From assembly GCA_964658025.1 (NCBI GenBank), contig CAZZXB010000026.1:1-26065 (forward strand): a stretch of 26,065 bases of DNA, in the 5' to 3' direction. Shown here piece by piece: positions 7,360 to 15,775 of this stretch. This stretch comes from an uncultured Janthinobacterium sp. (GTDB taxonomy: Bacteria > Vulcanimicrobiota > Vulcanimicrobiia > Vulcanimicrobiales > Vulcanimicrobiaceae). The notes under the pieces are model-generated. The model saw only the letters and a list, made by a program, of their open reading frames with translations. It did no database searches and was not told the DNA's origin. Position numbers and translations under genes: made by a program. Each line of letters starts with the position of its first letter. The stretch's first letter is position 1.

Positions 7360-8537
7360 CCTCGGACGGGCGCATCCCGCGGCGCGAAGACGACTACGCG
7401 ATCGAGGCTCTCGACGAGCGCCGCGCGTTCGTCGAACGTCGCTCCGGCGTCCGACTCGAACACGTCACGCGACCGAGCTACGATCCGCACGCGATGCGCG
7501 GCAACATCGAACACGTCACGGGCGTCGTCCAGGTGCCGCTCGGGTTCGCGGGTCCGCTCCTCGTGCGCGGCGAGCACGCCGACGGCGAGTTCTACGTCCC
7601 GATGGCGACGACCGAAGGAACGCTCGTCGCGAGCTACGGCCGCGGGATGGGCGTCGCGCGCGAGGCCGGCGGCGTGCGCGTAACCGTCGTGAACGACGCG
7701 ATGCAGCGCGCGCCCGTGTTCGTTTTCGCGGACGCCCGCGCCGCGCGCGATTTCGGCGATTGGGTCGACGCGCATTTCGACGAGATCGCCCGGGTCGCCG
7801 CGACCTCGTCGTCGGTCGGTCGCCTGCGACGGATCGAGCGCTATCACGCCGCGCGCATGACGTACCTCCGCTTCAATTATTCGACCGGGGACGCCGCGGG
7901 TCAAAATCTCGCGAGCAAGGCGACGTGGATCGCGTGCCGGTACATCGTCGAGGAGTACGCGAAGCGCGCGCCGATCGAGGAGTTCACGCTCTCGTCGAAC
8001 ATGGACACGGATAAGAAAGCGTCGGCGATCAACGCCTTGAGCACGCGCGGGAAACGCGTGATCGCGGAGATCGCGATCCCGAGCGCGTTACTCGAACGTC
8101 GGCTCCACGTCACGAGCCGTAAGCTCTTCGCCTCGCGCCAACGTTCCACGCTCGGCGCGTGGATGGCGGGTTCGGCGAACAACGGCTCCCATTCGGCCAA
8201 CGCGATCGCGGCGATCTTCATCGCGACGGGTCAGGACGCGGCGAACGTCGCGGAATCGCACGCCGCCGTCGTCCACGCGGAACTGCTCGCGGACGACGCG
8301 CTCTATTATTCGATCACGATCCCGTCGCTGATCGTCGCGACCTACGGCGGCGGGACCGGCCTTCCGTCGCAACGCGAGTGTCTCGAGGTGCTCGATTGCT
8401 ACGGCGCGGGAAAGGTGCGAAAATTCGCCGAGATCGTCGCGGCGACGGTGCTCTGCGGCGAGCTCTCGCTCGGCGCGGCGGTCGTCGCGGGCGAGTGGGT
8501 CGACGCGCACGAGCGCCTCGGCCGCAACCGCCCGTAA
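7356..8537 (+). CDS. hmgA: Hydroxymethylglutaryl-CoA reductase, class I-like
   Basis: VPMATTEGTLVAS (catalytic Glu), TGDAAGQN (variant of DAMGxN), SSNMDTDKK (class I cis-loop with catalytic Lys), ATGQDAANV (Asp), GGGTGLP and a C-terminal His in DAHERLGR. Confidence 0.9.
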   Translation: MTSDGRIPRREDDYAIEALDERRAFVERRSGVRLEHVTRPSYDPHAMRGNIEHVTGVVQVPLGFAGPLLVRGEHADGEFYVPMATTEGTLVASYGRGMGVAREAGGVRVTVVNDAMQRAPVFVFADARAARDFGDWVDAHFDEIARVAATSSSVGRLRRIERYHAARMTYLRFNYSTGDAAGQNLASKATWIACRYIVEEYAKRAPIEEFTLSSNMDTDKKASAINALSTRGKRVIAEIAIPSALLERRLHVTSRKLFASRQRSTLGAWMAGSANNGSHSANAIAAIFIATGQDAANVAESHAAVVHAELLADDALYYSITIPSLIVATYGGGTGLPSQRECLEVLDCYGAGKVRKFAEIVAATVLCGELSLGAAVVAGEWVDAHERLGRNRP

Positions 8538-8558
8538 CGCGCGCGTGCCCGAGGGTCG

Positions 8559-9104
8559 CTAGACGGCGGCCTTGACGGCGGCGAACACGTCGTCGTAGTT
8601 CGGTTCGTCGGCGATCTCGGGGACGATCGAGGCGTGCGTGACCGTGCCGGTCTTGTCGATGACGAAGATCGAGCGCGCGAGCAGTGCGATCTCCTCGATG
8701 CCGACGCCGTAGTCGCGCCCGAACGCGTGATCGCGATAATCGGAGAGATAGTTGAGGCGGGAGGCGTCGTTTTCGGTCGCCCAGCGCGCCATCGCGAACG
8801 GAAGGTCGCGGCTGACGATGAACGCGGCCACCCCGTCGGGGAGCTCGGAGAGCCGCTTGTGAAAGGTCTGGGTTTCGACGGAGCACACTTGCGTGTCGAG
8901 CGACGGCACGACGACGAGCAGGGCCGCTCGCGTTCCGCCGGCGAGCGCGTCGTCGAGCGTGAGGGGCTTGAGTTCGGAGGTCGTCAGCGAGAACGCCGGA
9001 GCCTTGTTGCCCACCACGACGGGATCGCCGACGAGCGTCAGCGGGCTCCCGTGCATGGTGACCTTCCGTGCATCGCTCGTGGAGGACGTCGTGGATGTCG
9101 TCAT
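8559..9104 (-). CDS. tpx: Thiol peroxidase (Tpx-type peroxiredoxin)
   Basis: Start at ATG 9104 with an AGGAG SD. Motifs VPSLDTQVC, SRDLPFA, LSDYRDHAFGRDYGV, LLARSIFVID and EIADEPNYD. Confidence 0.92.
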   Translation of the reverse strand: MTTSTTSSTSDARKVTMHGSPLTLVGDPVVVGNKAPAFSLTTSELKPLTLDDALAGGTRAALLVVVPSLDTQVCSVETQTFHKRLSELPDGVAAFIVSRDLPFAMARWATENDASRLNYLSDYRDHAFGRDYGVGIEEIALLARSIFVIDKTGTVTHASIVPEIADEPNYDDVFAAVKAAV

Positions 9105-9180
9105 GGCACTCCTGTTCGTGAAAGGGACGACCGTGTAAAGGCCGAGCGAACGGGATCGGTTTCGCGCTCGGCGCACTCAT

Positions 9181-10245
9181 ATGATCGATATGCAACGAAG
9201 CGACGCGTACGTCAACTCGATCGAAACGGCGGTCCCGAGCCACGATCTCCACGCACGTTACGTCGCCTACGCGCTCGCGTCGATGACCGGCGACCGCGAA
9301 CGCCGCACGCTCGAGCGGTTGATCGGGCGCGCGCAGATCGACCATCGCTACTCGGTCCTGCCGGCGGGGACGCAACCGAGCGACGACGAGGCGGCCGCAT
9401 TTTTCGACGGCACCTCGCCCGACACGAGCGCGCGCATGGCATTGTACGAACGGTACGCCCTCCCGCTCGCCGAACGCGCGATCGCCCGTCTCGACCCGCA
9501 GGTGCTCGCGAAGACGACGCATCTCGTCCTCACGTCGTGTACGGGGTTTTCCGCTCCGGGACTCGATCTCGCGATCGTCGAGCGCTTCGGGCTCGATCCG
9601 CACGTGGAACGGACGATCGTCGGATTCATGGGCTGCAACGCCGCGCTCAACGCGCTCAAGCTCGCGCGTCACATCGTGCGGTCCGAAGAAGCGGCGAGCG
9701 TGCTCGTCGTCAATCTCGAACTCTGTTCGTTGCACTTGCAACGTCCGCGTGACGTCGAAGCGGCGCTCGGATTTTTGATCTTCGCCGACGGATGCGCGGC
9801 GAGCATCGTGTCGCGCGAGCCGCATGGGATCGTCCTGGACGCGTTCGACTCCTCGGTGATCCCGCAGACGGCCGGGCACATCACGTGGCGCGTCGGTTCG
9901 CTCGGCTTCGACATGCATCTCTCGACGGCCGTGCCGCGCTCGATCGAGGACGGTCTCGCCGCGTCCGACGCATCGCTGCTCGCGCGCGACCCGACGCGTC
10001 CCGACCTGTGGGCGATCCACCCCGGCGGTCGCGCGATCCTCGATGCGGTCTCGGGTGCGCTCGCCCTGCCCGCGGGCGCGCTCGATCGTTCCCGCGCGGT
10101 GTTGCGGGACTTCGGCAACATGTCGTCCGCGACGATCATGTTCGTGCTGCAGCGGATGTTCGGCGAGACGGGCGCGACCGGACGCGCCCTCGCGTTCGGA
10201 CCCGGCATGACGTGCGAGTCGCTACGCTTCCGCGTCGCGGCGTGA
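9181..10245 (+). CDS. Type III polyketide synthase (chalcone/stilbene synthase-like)
   Basis: Cys-His-Asn triad in FMGCNAA, WAIHPGGRAIL and FGNMSSAT, plus SCTGF, ELCSLH, FADG and AFGPG. The start could instead be ATG 9190. Confidence 0.95.
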   Translation: MIDMQRSDAYVNSIETAVPSHDLHARYVAYALASMTGDRERRTLERLIGRAQIDHRYSVLPAGTQPSDDEAAAFFDGTSPDTSARMALYERYALPLAERAIARLDPQVLAKTTHLVLTSCTGFSAPGLDLAIVERFGLDPHVERTIVGFMGCNAALNALKLARHIVRSEEAASVLVVNLELCSLHLQRPRDVEAALGFLIFADGCAASIVSREPHGIVLDAFDSSVIPQTAGHITWRVGSLGFDMHLSTAVPRSIEDGLAASDASLLARDPTRPDLWAIHPGGRAILDAVSGALALPAGALDRSRAVLRDFGNMSSATIMFVLQRMFGETGATGRALAFGPGMTCESLRFRVAA

Positions 10246-10967
10246 GGCGATTCCGCGCGAACGAACGCAGCTCGGAACGCGAGCTCATGGACGACGACGC
10301 GACCGACTACGCGGAATACGCGCGTTGCTTGCGCGACGTCGGGCGTGCGAATCGCGCGAGCGGCGGTTACCGCCCGACGCTACGGTATCTCGCGCGCGCC
10401 CTCGCGACCGTGCCGCACGACGCCCCGCCGATCCGTATCCTCGACGTCGGCTTCGGTTACGGCGACGTGTTGCGCGCCGTCGCCGCGTGGTGCGAAAAAC
10501 GCGGGCGCGCGGTCGAACTCGTCGGCATCGACGCCAACGCCTGGTCGGAACGCGCGGCGCGCGACGCCACGCCGCGCGGCGCTCCGATCGTCTACGCGAC
10601 GGCGGACGCGTTTTCGTACGAGCCCGAGCGCGGCTTCGATTTCGTGCTCGTCTCGCTCGTCGCGCATCATCTCGGCGACGACGAGATCGTGGCGCTCCTG
10701 CGGCGCTTGGAGCGCTGGGCCGCGCGCGGCTGGTTCGTCAACGACCTGCACCGCCACATCGTGCCGTACGCCGTCGCGGCGATCGCGACGAACCTCGCGC
10801 GGGCGCATCCGTTCGTGCGTAACGACGCGTCGCTCTCGGTCGCGCGCGCGTTCGTCCGCCGCGATTGGGATCGCGCGATCGCGCGCGCCGGGCTGACCGG
10901 TCGCGCGCGCGTCGCGTGGGATTTTCCGTTCCGGTATTGTGTGTCGCGCACGCCCGACCGTGCCTGA
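10242..10967 (+). CDS. SAM-dependent methyltransferase, type III PKS-associated
   Basis: GTG start overlaps the PKS stop (GTGA). ELMDD N-terminus, motif I ILDVGFGYGD, LVGID, SLVAHHL, VNDLHR and NDASLSV. Confidence 0.9.
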   Translation: MRRFRANERSSERELMDDDATDYAEYARCLRDVGRANRASGGYRPTLRYLARALATVPHDAPPIRILDVGFGYGDVLRAVAAWCEKRGRAVELVGIDANAWSERAARDATPRGAPIVYATADAFSYEPERGFDFVLVSLVAHHLGDDEIVALLRRLERWAARGWFVNDLHRHIVPYAVAAIATNLARAHPFVRNDASLSVARAFVRRDWDRAIARAGLTGRARVAWDFPFRYCVSRTPDRA

Positions 10968-12099
10968 CTCGACGGCGGACGACGCGCTGGTCGTCGGGGG
11001 CGGTCTCGCGGGAGCCGCGACCGCGATCGAACTCGCGCGGCTCGGCCGTCCGGTCTCGCTCGTCGAACGCAGCGATCGCGCGCGGCACAAGGTCTGCGGA
11101 GAATTTTTCAGCGCCGAAGCGTGCGGCGCGCTCCGCGACTTCGGCGTCGATCTCGAAAGGCTCGGAGGCGCGTCGATCGCTCGTCTGCGACTCGCAAGCG
11201 GCGGCGACGTCGTGGAGACGGCGTTACCGTTCGCCGCGTGGAGCGCGTCGCGATTGCGCGTCGACGAGGCGTTACTCGAGCGCGCCGGCGCGTGCGGCGT
11301 CGCGATCGCGCGGGGCTCGGCCGCGCGCGCGATCGAGGACGGCGCCGTCCGCATCGCGTCGGCCGCGGGCGAACGCGTCGTGCGCCCGTCCGCGCTCGTC
11401 CTCGCCTCGGGCAAGGTCGACGTGCGCGGGGCCGGACGCGTGACGCACGGCGCCTCCGACGCGATCGGATTCAAGATGCATTATCGGCTCGCGCCGCGAT
11501 CGCTCCGCGCGCTCGCGGGATGCGTCGAACTCTCGCTCTTCGACGCGGGCTACGCGGGATTGCAAGAGATCGAAAACGGAACGGTCGCCTTCGCGCTCGT
11601 CGTCCGTCGCGCGCACGTCGGCCGCCTCGGCGCGTGGTCCGACGCGCTCGCGGCGATCCGCGACGCGGTTCCGTCCCTGGACGCGCGCCTGGCGGGCGCG
11701 GACGCGTTGTGGGAGCGGCCCCGCGCGATCTCGCCCCTTCCGTACGGCTATGCGTACCGGCCGGTTCCGACCGACCGCATCTATCGCGTCGGGGATCAAT
11801 TCGCGGTGATCGCGTCGTTCACGGGCGACGGGATGGCGATCGCGTTGCACAGCGGCATCCGCGCGGCACGCGCGATCGCGGGGGGCGCGTCGCCGCATCG
11901 TTACCACGCCGCGCTCCGCGCCGAGCTCGGTCGACCGCTCGGACTCGCGCGCGCGCTCTCGACCGTCGTCGCGACGCCGCTCGGGCGGCGGGGTCTCGTG
12001 GCGGCGTGCGGCGTCGTGCCGGAGCTCCTCGCCGGGATGGCGCGCTTCACGCGCATCCCGCAGATCGCGCCGTCGCGTCCGAGCGATCGGCGCGCGTGA
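10960..12099 (+). CDS. FAD-dependent oxidoreductase/monooxygenase (FixC/geranylgeranyl reductase-like)
   Basis: GTG 10960 overlaps the methyltransferase end. Rossmann motif VVGGGLAG...VSLVER, KVCGEF and VGDQFAVIASFTGDGMAIAL. Confidence 0.9.
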   Translation: MPDSTADDALVVGGGLAGAATAIELARLGRPVSLVERSDRARHKVCGEFFSAEACGALRDFGVDLERLGGASIARLRLASGGDVVETALPFAAWSASRLRVDEALLERAGACGVAIARGSAARAIEDGAVRIASAAGERVVRPSALVLASGKVDVRGAGRVTHGASDAIGFKMHYRLAPRSLRALAGCVELSLFDAGYAGLQEIENGTVAFALVVRRAHVGRLGAWSDALAAIRDAVPSLDARLAGADALWERPRAISPLPYGYAYRPVPTDRIYRVGDQFAVIASFTGDGMAIALHSGIRAARAIAGGASPHRYHAALRAELGRPLGLARALSTVVATPLGRRGLVAACGVVPELLAGMARFTRIPQIAPSRPSDRRA

Positions 12100-12202
12100 A
12101 GCGACCGCGCTCACGTTTCCGCCATCCCGAATTCCTCGTACAAGGCTGCCCCGGCGCGTAAAAAGAACGTAAACCGCAACCTTCACGTCGGCGAGGTTCG
12201 CG

Positions 12203-13084
12203 TTGAACGAGACCAATGGACGCAATCGTGCGGCGATGTTCGACCTGGACCCGAAGCGTCGTTACGTCGTTTACCTGAACGCGCAAGAATCGGCCGCCGA
12301 CGCGACCGCGCGCGCGTGGAGCATCCGCGTCGCTCCGGTCGACGTCGCACCGGGCGAGGGCGCCTTCGACGACGCGTGGCAGACGCGTTTCGCGCCGCAG
12401 TCTTCGCCGCCGGGAGTCGACGGCTCGTACGAGCCCCTCGCGACGGTCCACGTCGACGGGCACGGGATCACGGCGTTCGGTACGTGCGCGGTCTGCGGGA
12501 GCCGCCATCGGACGATCGATCGACCGAGCATCGCCTTCGCCCCGCACGCCGCCGAGTCGCCCGTCGAGACCGCCGCATCGCCCGCCGCCGAGGAGCCGGT
12601 CCGCGCGTATCGGACGCCGGATCTCGAAGACGCGACGGCTCCGGAAGCCGAGTGGCGCGAACCGATCCCCGAAGCGCCGAATGCGGCCGCGAGCGCGCGG
12701 TCGACCGCGCTCGCCCCGGTCGGCATCAACCCGATCTCGCTCCCGCTCGAGCCGCTCTCGATGCGACCCGTCGCGCCGCAACCGACGTGGGGATTGCAGA
12801 ACGTCGCGTTACTGTTCCTCGCGCTCGGTCTCGGTGCGGCGGTCGATCGCTATCTCGCGCCGAGCGCGGCGATCCACGGCATGCACGTGAAGATGGTGCA
12901 ACTCGAGCGGCAACGGAGCGAGGCCGCGGATCGCGCGGACGAGACGGACCGGCGCCTCGCCGACGCGCGACGCGAACTCGACTCGACGAGGGCCGACGCC
13001 GCCGCCTCGCAGAGCGCGCTCGACCGCGAATACAAACGCGTCGCCGAGCTGCTGCGCGAACGGAGCGGGGGCGCTACTCGCTAA
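12203..13084 (+). CDS. Hypothetical single-pass membrane protein with C-terminal coiled coil
   Basis: 293 aa. N-terminal domain with CAVC, Pro/Ala/Glu linker, hydrophobic segment (VALLFLALGLGAAV) and heptad-like charged tail. Start is TTG 12203 or ATG 12236. Confidence 0.65.
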   Translation: MNETNGRNRAAMFDLDPKRRYVVYLNAQESAADATARAWSIRVAPVDVAPGEGAFDDAWQTRFAPQSSPPGVDGSYEPLATVHVDGHGITAFGTCAVCGSRHRTIDRPSIAFAPHAAESPVETAASPAAEEPVRAYRTPDLEDATAPEAEWREPIPEAPNAAASARSTALAPVGINPISLPLEPLSMRPVAPQPTWGLQNVALLFLALGLGAAVDRYLAPSAAIHGMHVKMVQLERQRSEAADRADETDRRLADARRELDSTRADAAASQSALDREYKRVAELLRERSGGATR

Positions 13085-14294
13085 CGACGTCGCAACGGAA
13101 GCCGCGCGCGGCGATCGCGCCGACGATGCCGGGCAGATCTTCGGGTCGCTCGAGTTCGACCGTCACGTCGAGTTCCGCGTGCTTCGCGGAGAGCGAACCC
13201 GCGACGCGGTGATGGGCCACGTCGAGGACGTTCGCGCGCGCCGTGCTGATCGCGAGCGCGACCGTCGCGAGTTCGCCCGGCTTGTCGACCATGTGCACGC
13301 GGATGCGGACGACGCGACCCGACCGCATCCGATGACGGACGATCACGGCCGCGAGCGTGCCGAGATCGATGTTGCCGCCGCAGACGATCGTGCCGACGCG
13401 TTTTCCGGCGAAGCGTTCGGGCCGTTCGAGCATCGCGGCCACGCCCGCGGCTCCGGCACCTTCGGCGACGAGCTTCTCGTCTTCGAGGATCGTCGCGATC
13501 GCCGTTTCGAGCGCGGCTTCCGAAACGTGGACGATCTCGCGGACGCGCTCGGCGATCAGGGCGAGCGGGAGCGCCCCCGCGCGCGAGACGGCGATGCCCT
13601 CGGCGATCGTCGGACCGCCCGCGCCGACGATCGTCCCCTCACGCGCGCACGCGACGCTCGGGTAGAGCGCCGACTGGACGCCGACGATCTCGGTTTTCGC
13701 ACCGAGCGCCGCGACCGCGAGCGTCGCGCCCGCGACGAGCCCGCCGCCGCCGATCGGGACGACCAGGACGTCGAGCTCGCCCGGCACGTCTTCGAGAAAC
13801 TCGAGGGTCGCGGTCGCCTGACCCGCGATGACGTGCGGATCGTCGTAGGGATGCACGAGCGTCGCGCCCGTCTCCGTCGCGAGCGTCCGCGCGTGCGCGG
13901 CCGCTTCGTCGAACGTGTCGCCGACGAGGACGACCGTCGCGCCGAAATCGCGCGTGCGCCGGACTTTGAGCAACGGCGTCGTCGCGGGCATCACGATCGT
14001 CGTCGCGAGACCGAGCCGCGTGCCGTGGTACGCGACGGCCTGCGCGTGATTGCCCGCGGACATCGTGACGACGCCGAACGCGCGACGTTCGGGACCGAGT
14101 AAGAGCATCGCGTTGAGCGCGCCGCGCTCTTTGTACGATCCCGTGGTCTGCCGACTCTCGATCTTGAGCCAGACGTCGGCGCCGGTCGCGGCCGAGAGCG
14201 CGCGCGAGCGCACCGTGGGCGTACGGGCGATCCCCGAGCGAATGCGCTCCGCCGCCGCACGGACGGCGTCGACGGAGAGAAGCGGAGCGGTCAC
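13074..14294 (-). CDS. ilvA: Threonine ammonia-lyase (PLP) with C-terminal ACT domain
   Basis: GTG 14294 after GGAGG. KIESRQTTGSYKERGA (PLP Lys), SAGNHAQ, PIGGGGL, CGGNID and ACT-like DKPGEL. Confidence 0.93.
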   Translation of the reverse strand: MTAPLLSVDAVRAAAERIRSGIARTPTVRSRALSAATGADVWLKIESRQTTGSYKERGALNAMLLLGPERRAFGVVTMSAGNHAQAVAYHGTRLGLATTIVMPATTPLLKVRRTRDFGATVVLVGDTFDEAAAHARTLATETGATLVHPYDDPHVIAGQATATLEFLEDVPGELDVLVVPIGGGGLVAGATLAVAALGAKTEIVGVQSALYPSVACAREGTIVGAGGPTIAEGIAVSRAGALPLALIAERVREIVHVSEAALETAIATILEDEKLVAEGAGAAGVAAMLERPERFAGKRVGTIVCGGNIDLGTLAAVIVRHRMRSGRVVRIRVHMVDKPGELATVALAISTARANVLDVAHHRVAGSLSAKHAELDVTVELERPEDLPGIVGAIAARGFRCDVVSE

Positions 14295-14338
14295 GAGGCC
14301 TCCCAAGATTTTCGAATCGGGCGCTTAACGACGACGCT

Positions 14339-14953
14339 ATGTTCCGCGTTTCCTCCGCCGTCGCGTGCGCGCTCGCGCTCCCGATCGTCGCGCTCGCCGC
14401 CGCCGCCCGCGCCGACCTTCCGTACGATGCCGTCCGCGCCGGGATCGACAAACGCTGCGACGATCTCGCGAAGCCGCGCTCGCACGTGCCCGTCGTCTAT
14501 CTCGAACGGCTCGACGTCGCGGGCGGGCCGGGCCCCTGGAGACGGACGACCGCCGACGGCGAATCGCGCGCGGTCGACGCGGCGGGATACGCGGGCGGTT
14601 CGTTCGCGATCGTCCGCGGCGACGACAGCGCGCTTTCGGCGTCGCTCGTCCGGCGCGAGCCGAGCGGCGACGTCGGGCGGAGCCAGAATTGGTGCTTCGT
14701 CGGCGACGGACTCTCGCGCGCCGGAGCCGAGCTCGTCGATCTCCCGAGGCACCTCATCTGGCGCCGCACGCAATATCAAGATTCGAGCATCGATCCGGCA
14801 GGCCGCGACATCATCCGCTACGGCGCGCTCGGGGCGCCCCTCCCGAAAAAGATTCCGAGCACGCCGCTCGACCGGCTCGTCATCGATCCGATCGCAAGAC
14901 CGCAGGACCTCCCCTTTTACGCGGCCTACCGGGCGGCACGCGGCCACTTGTGA
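14339..14953 (+). CDS. Secreted hypothetical protein
   Basis: Signal peptide ending AAARA and a plausible amino-acid composition. It fills the gap divergent from ilvA. Confidence 0.7.
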   Translation: MFRVSSAVACALALPIVALAAAARADLPYDAVRAGIDKRCDDLAKPRSHVPVVYLERLDVAGGPGPWRRTTADGESRAVDAAGYAGGSFAIVRGDDSALSASLVRREPSGDVGRSQNWCFVGDGLSRAGAELVDLPRHLIWRRTQYQDSSIDPAGRDIIRYGALGAPLPKKIPSTPLDRLVIDPIARPQDLPFYAAYRAARGHL

Positions 14954-14974
14954 CGCACCCGATACGATTTGGGC

Positions 14975-15030
14975 TTGCGAACGACGACGCCACGCGGTAT
15001 GCTCCTCACAGAGATTAGCCATTTGGCTAA
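14975..15030 (+). promoter_or_regulatory. sigma70 promoter TTGCGA-N17-TATGCT with downstream palindromic operator TTAGCCA-TT-TGGCTAA
   Basis: -35 at 14975-14980, -10 at 14998-15003, perfect 7-2-7 palindrome at 15015-15030 and GGAG SD at 15038-15041. Confidence 0.72.
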
Positions 15031-15047
15031 CTAAAACGGAGAACACA

Positions 15048-15305
15048 ATGACATTCGATCAATGGATCGACGCGGTCAACGCGGATCTGAAAACCCGCCT
15101 CGGCACCACCGTCCGCACGGAAGAACTCTCGTGGGACTCGGCGCTCTGGGTCGGACGGAGCGGAACGGCCGCCGCGAGCCTCGCCGACGACGAGCGCACG
15201 GCGCACTTCTCCTTCGACGGCGGCGACAAGCTCGCCGTCCGCTACGACGAGACGGCGGCGGCGCCCGCGATCGTCGGCGGGATGATCGCCAAGCACATCG
15301 GGTAG
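15048..15305 (+). CDS. Small hypothetical protein (85 aa)
   Basis: ATG 15048 with SD and promoter upstream: MTFDQWIDAVNADLKTRLG...GGMIAKHIG. This is the C-terminal part of ORF 14427..15305. Confidence 0.78.
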   Translation: MTFDQWIDAVNADLKTRLGTTVRTEELSWDSALWVGRSGTAAASLADDERTAHFSFDGGDKLAVRYDETAAAPAIVGGMIAKHIG

Positions 15306-15397
15306 CACCCGGCCTTCGAGACAAATGACGAACGCGCCCATCGCGCGTTCTTCGTTTGTCCCGTGCGGCGCTCGCCGCGAACGCGTATCGTTTTCCG

Positions 15398-15757
15398 ATG
15401 GATCATCCGGGGACGCATCCGTTCGTGTCGCTCGCGCAACCGCTGTTCGAACGGTTCGGTCCGGCCCTCACGATCGAGCGGGGCGACGCGTGCGTCCGCT
15501 GGTTGCTCGACGGGCAGACGGTCACGGTCGCTCCGGGGACCGACGCCACGCTCGTCGCGACCTTCGCGACCGCCCCGATGCGCGACGCCGTCTCGGAGAT
15601 GCCGCTCGTCGCGACGTACCGCGGCGCCGCGGGATACGCGCTCGACGTGCGCGGGGTCGCGCGGATCGTCGACGATCTCGCCGCCTTCTTTTCGGGGATC
15701 CGCGAGCCGCGCTTCGCGTTCGTCGATCTCGTGCCGAGCGAGTCGTATCCGGCCTAG
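15398..15757 (+). CDS. Hypothetical protein (119 aa)
   Basis: MDHPGTHPFVSLAQPLFERFG...FFSGIREPRFAFVD has a globular composition. No SD; TATCGT lies 6 nt before the ATG. Confidence 0.68.
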   Translation: MDHPGTHPFVSLAQPLFERFGPALTIERGDACVRWLLDGQTVTVAPGTDATLVATFATAPMRDAVSEMPLVATYRGAAGYALDVRGVARIVDDLAAFFSGIREPRFAFVDLVPSESYPA

Positions 15758-15775
15758 CCGCGCGCGTCTCGCATC

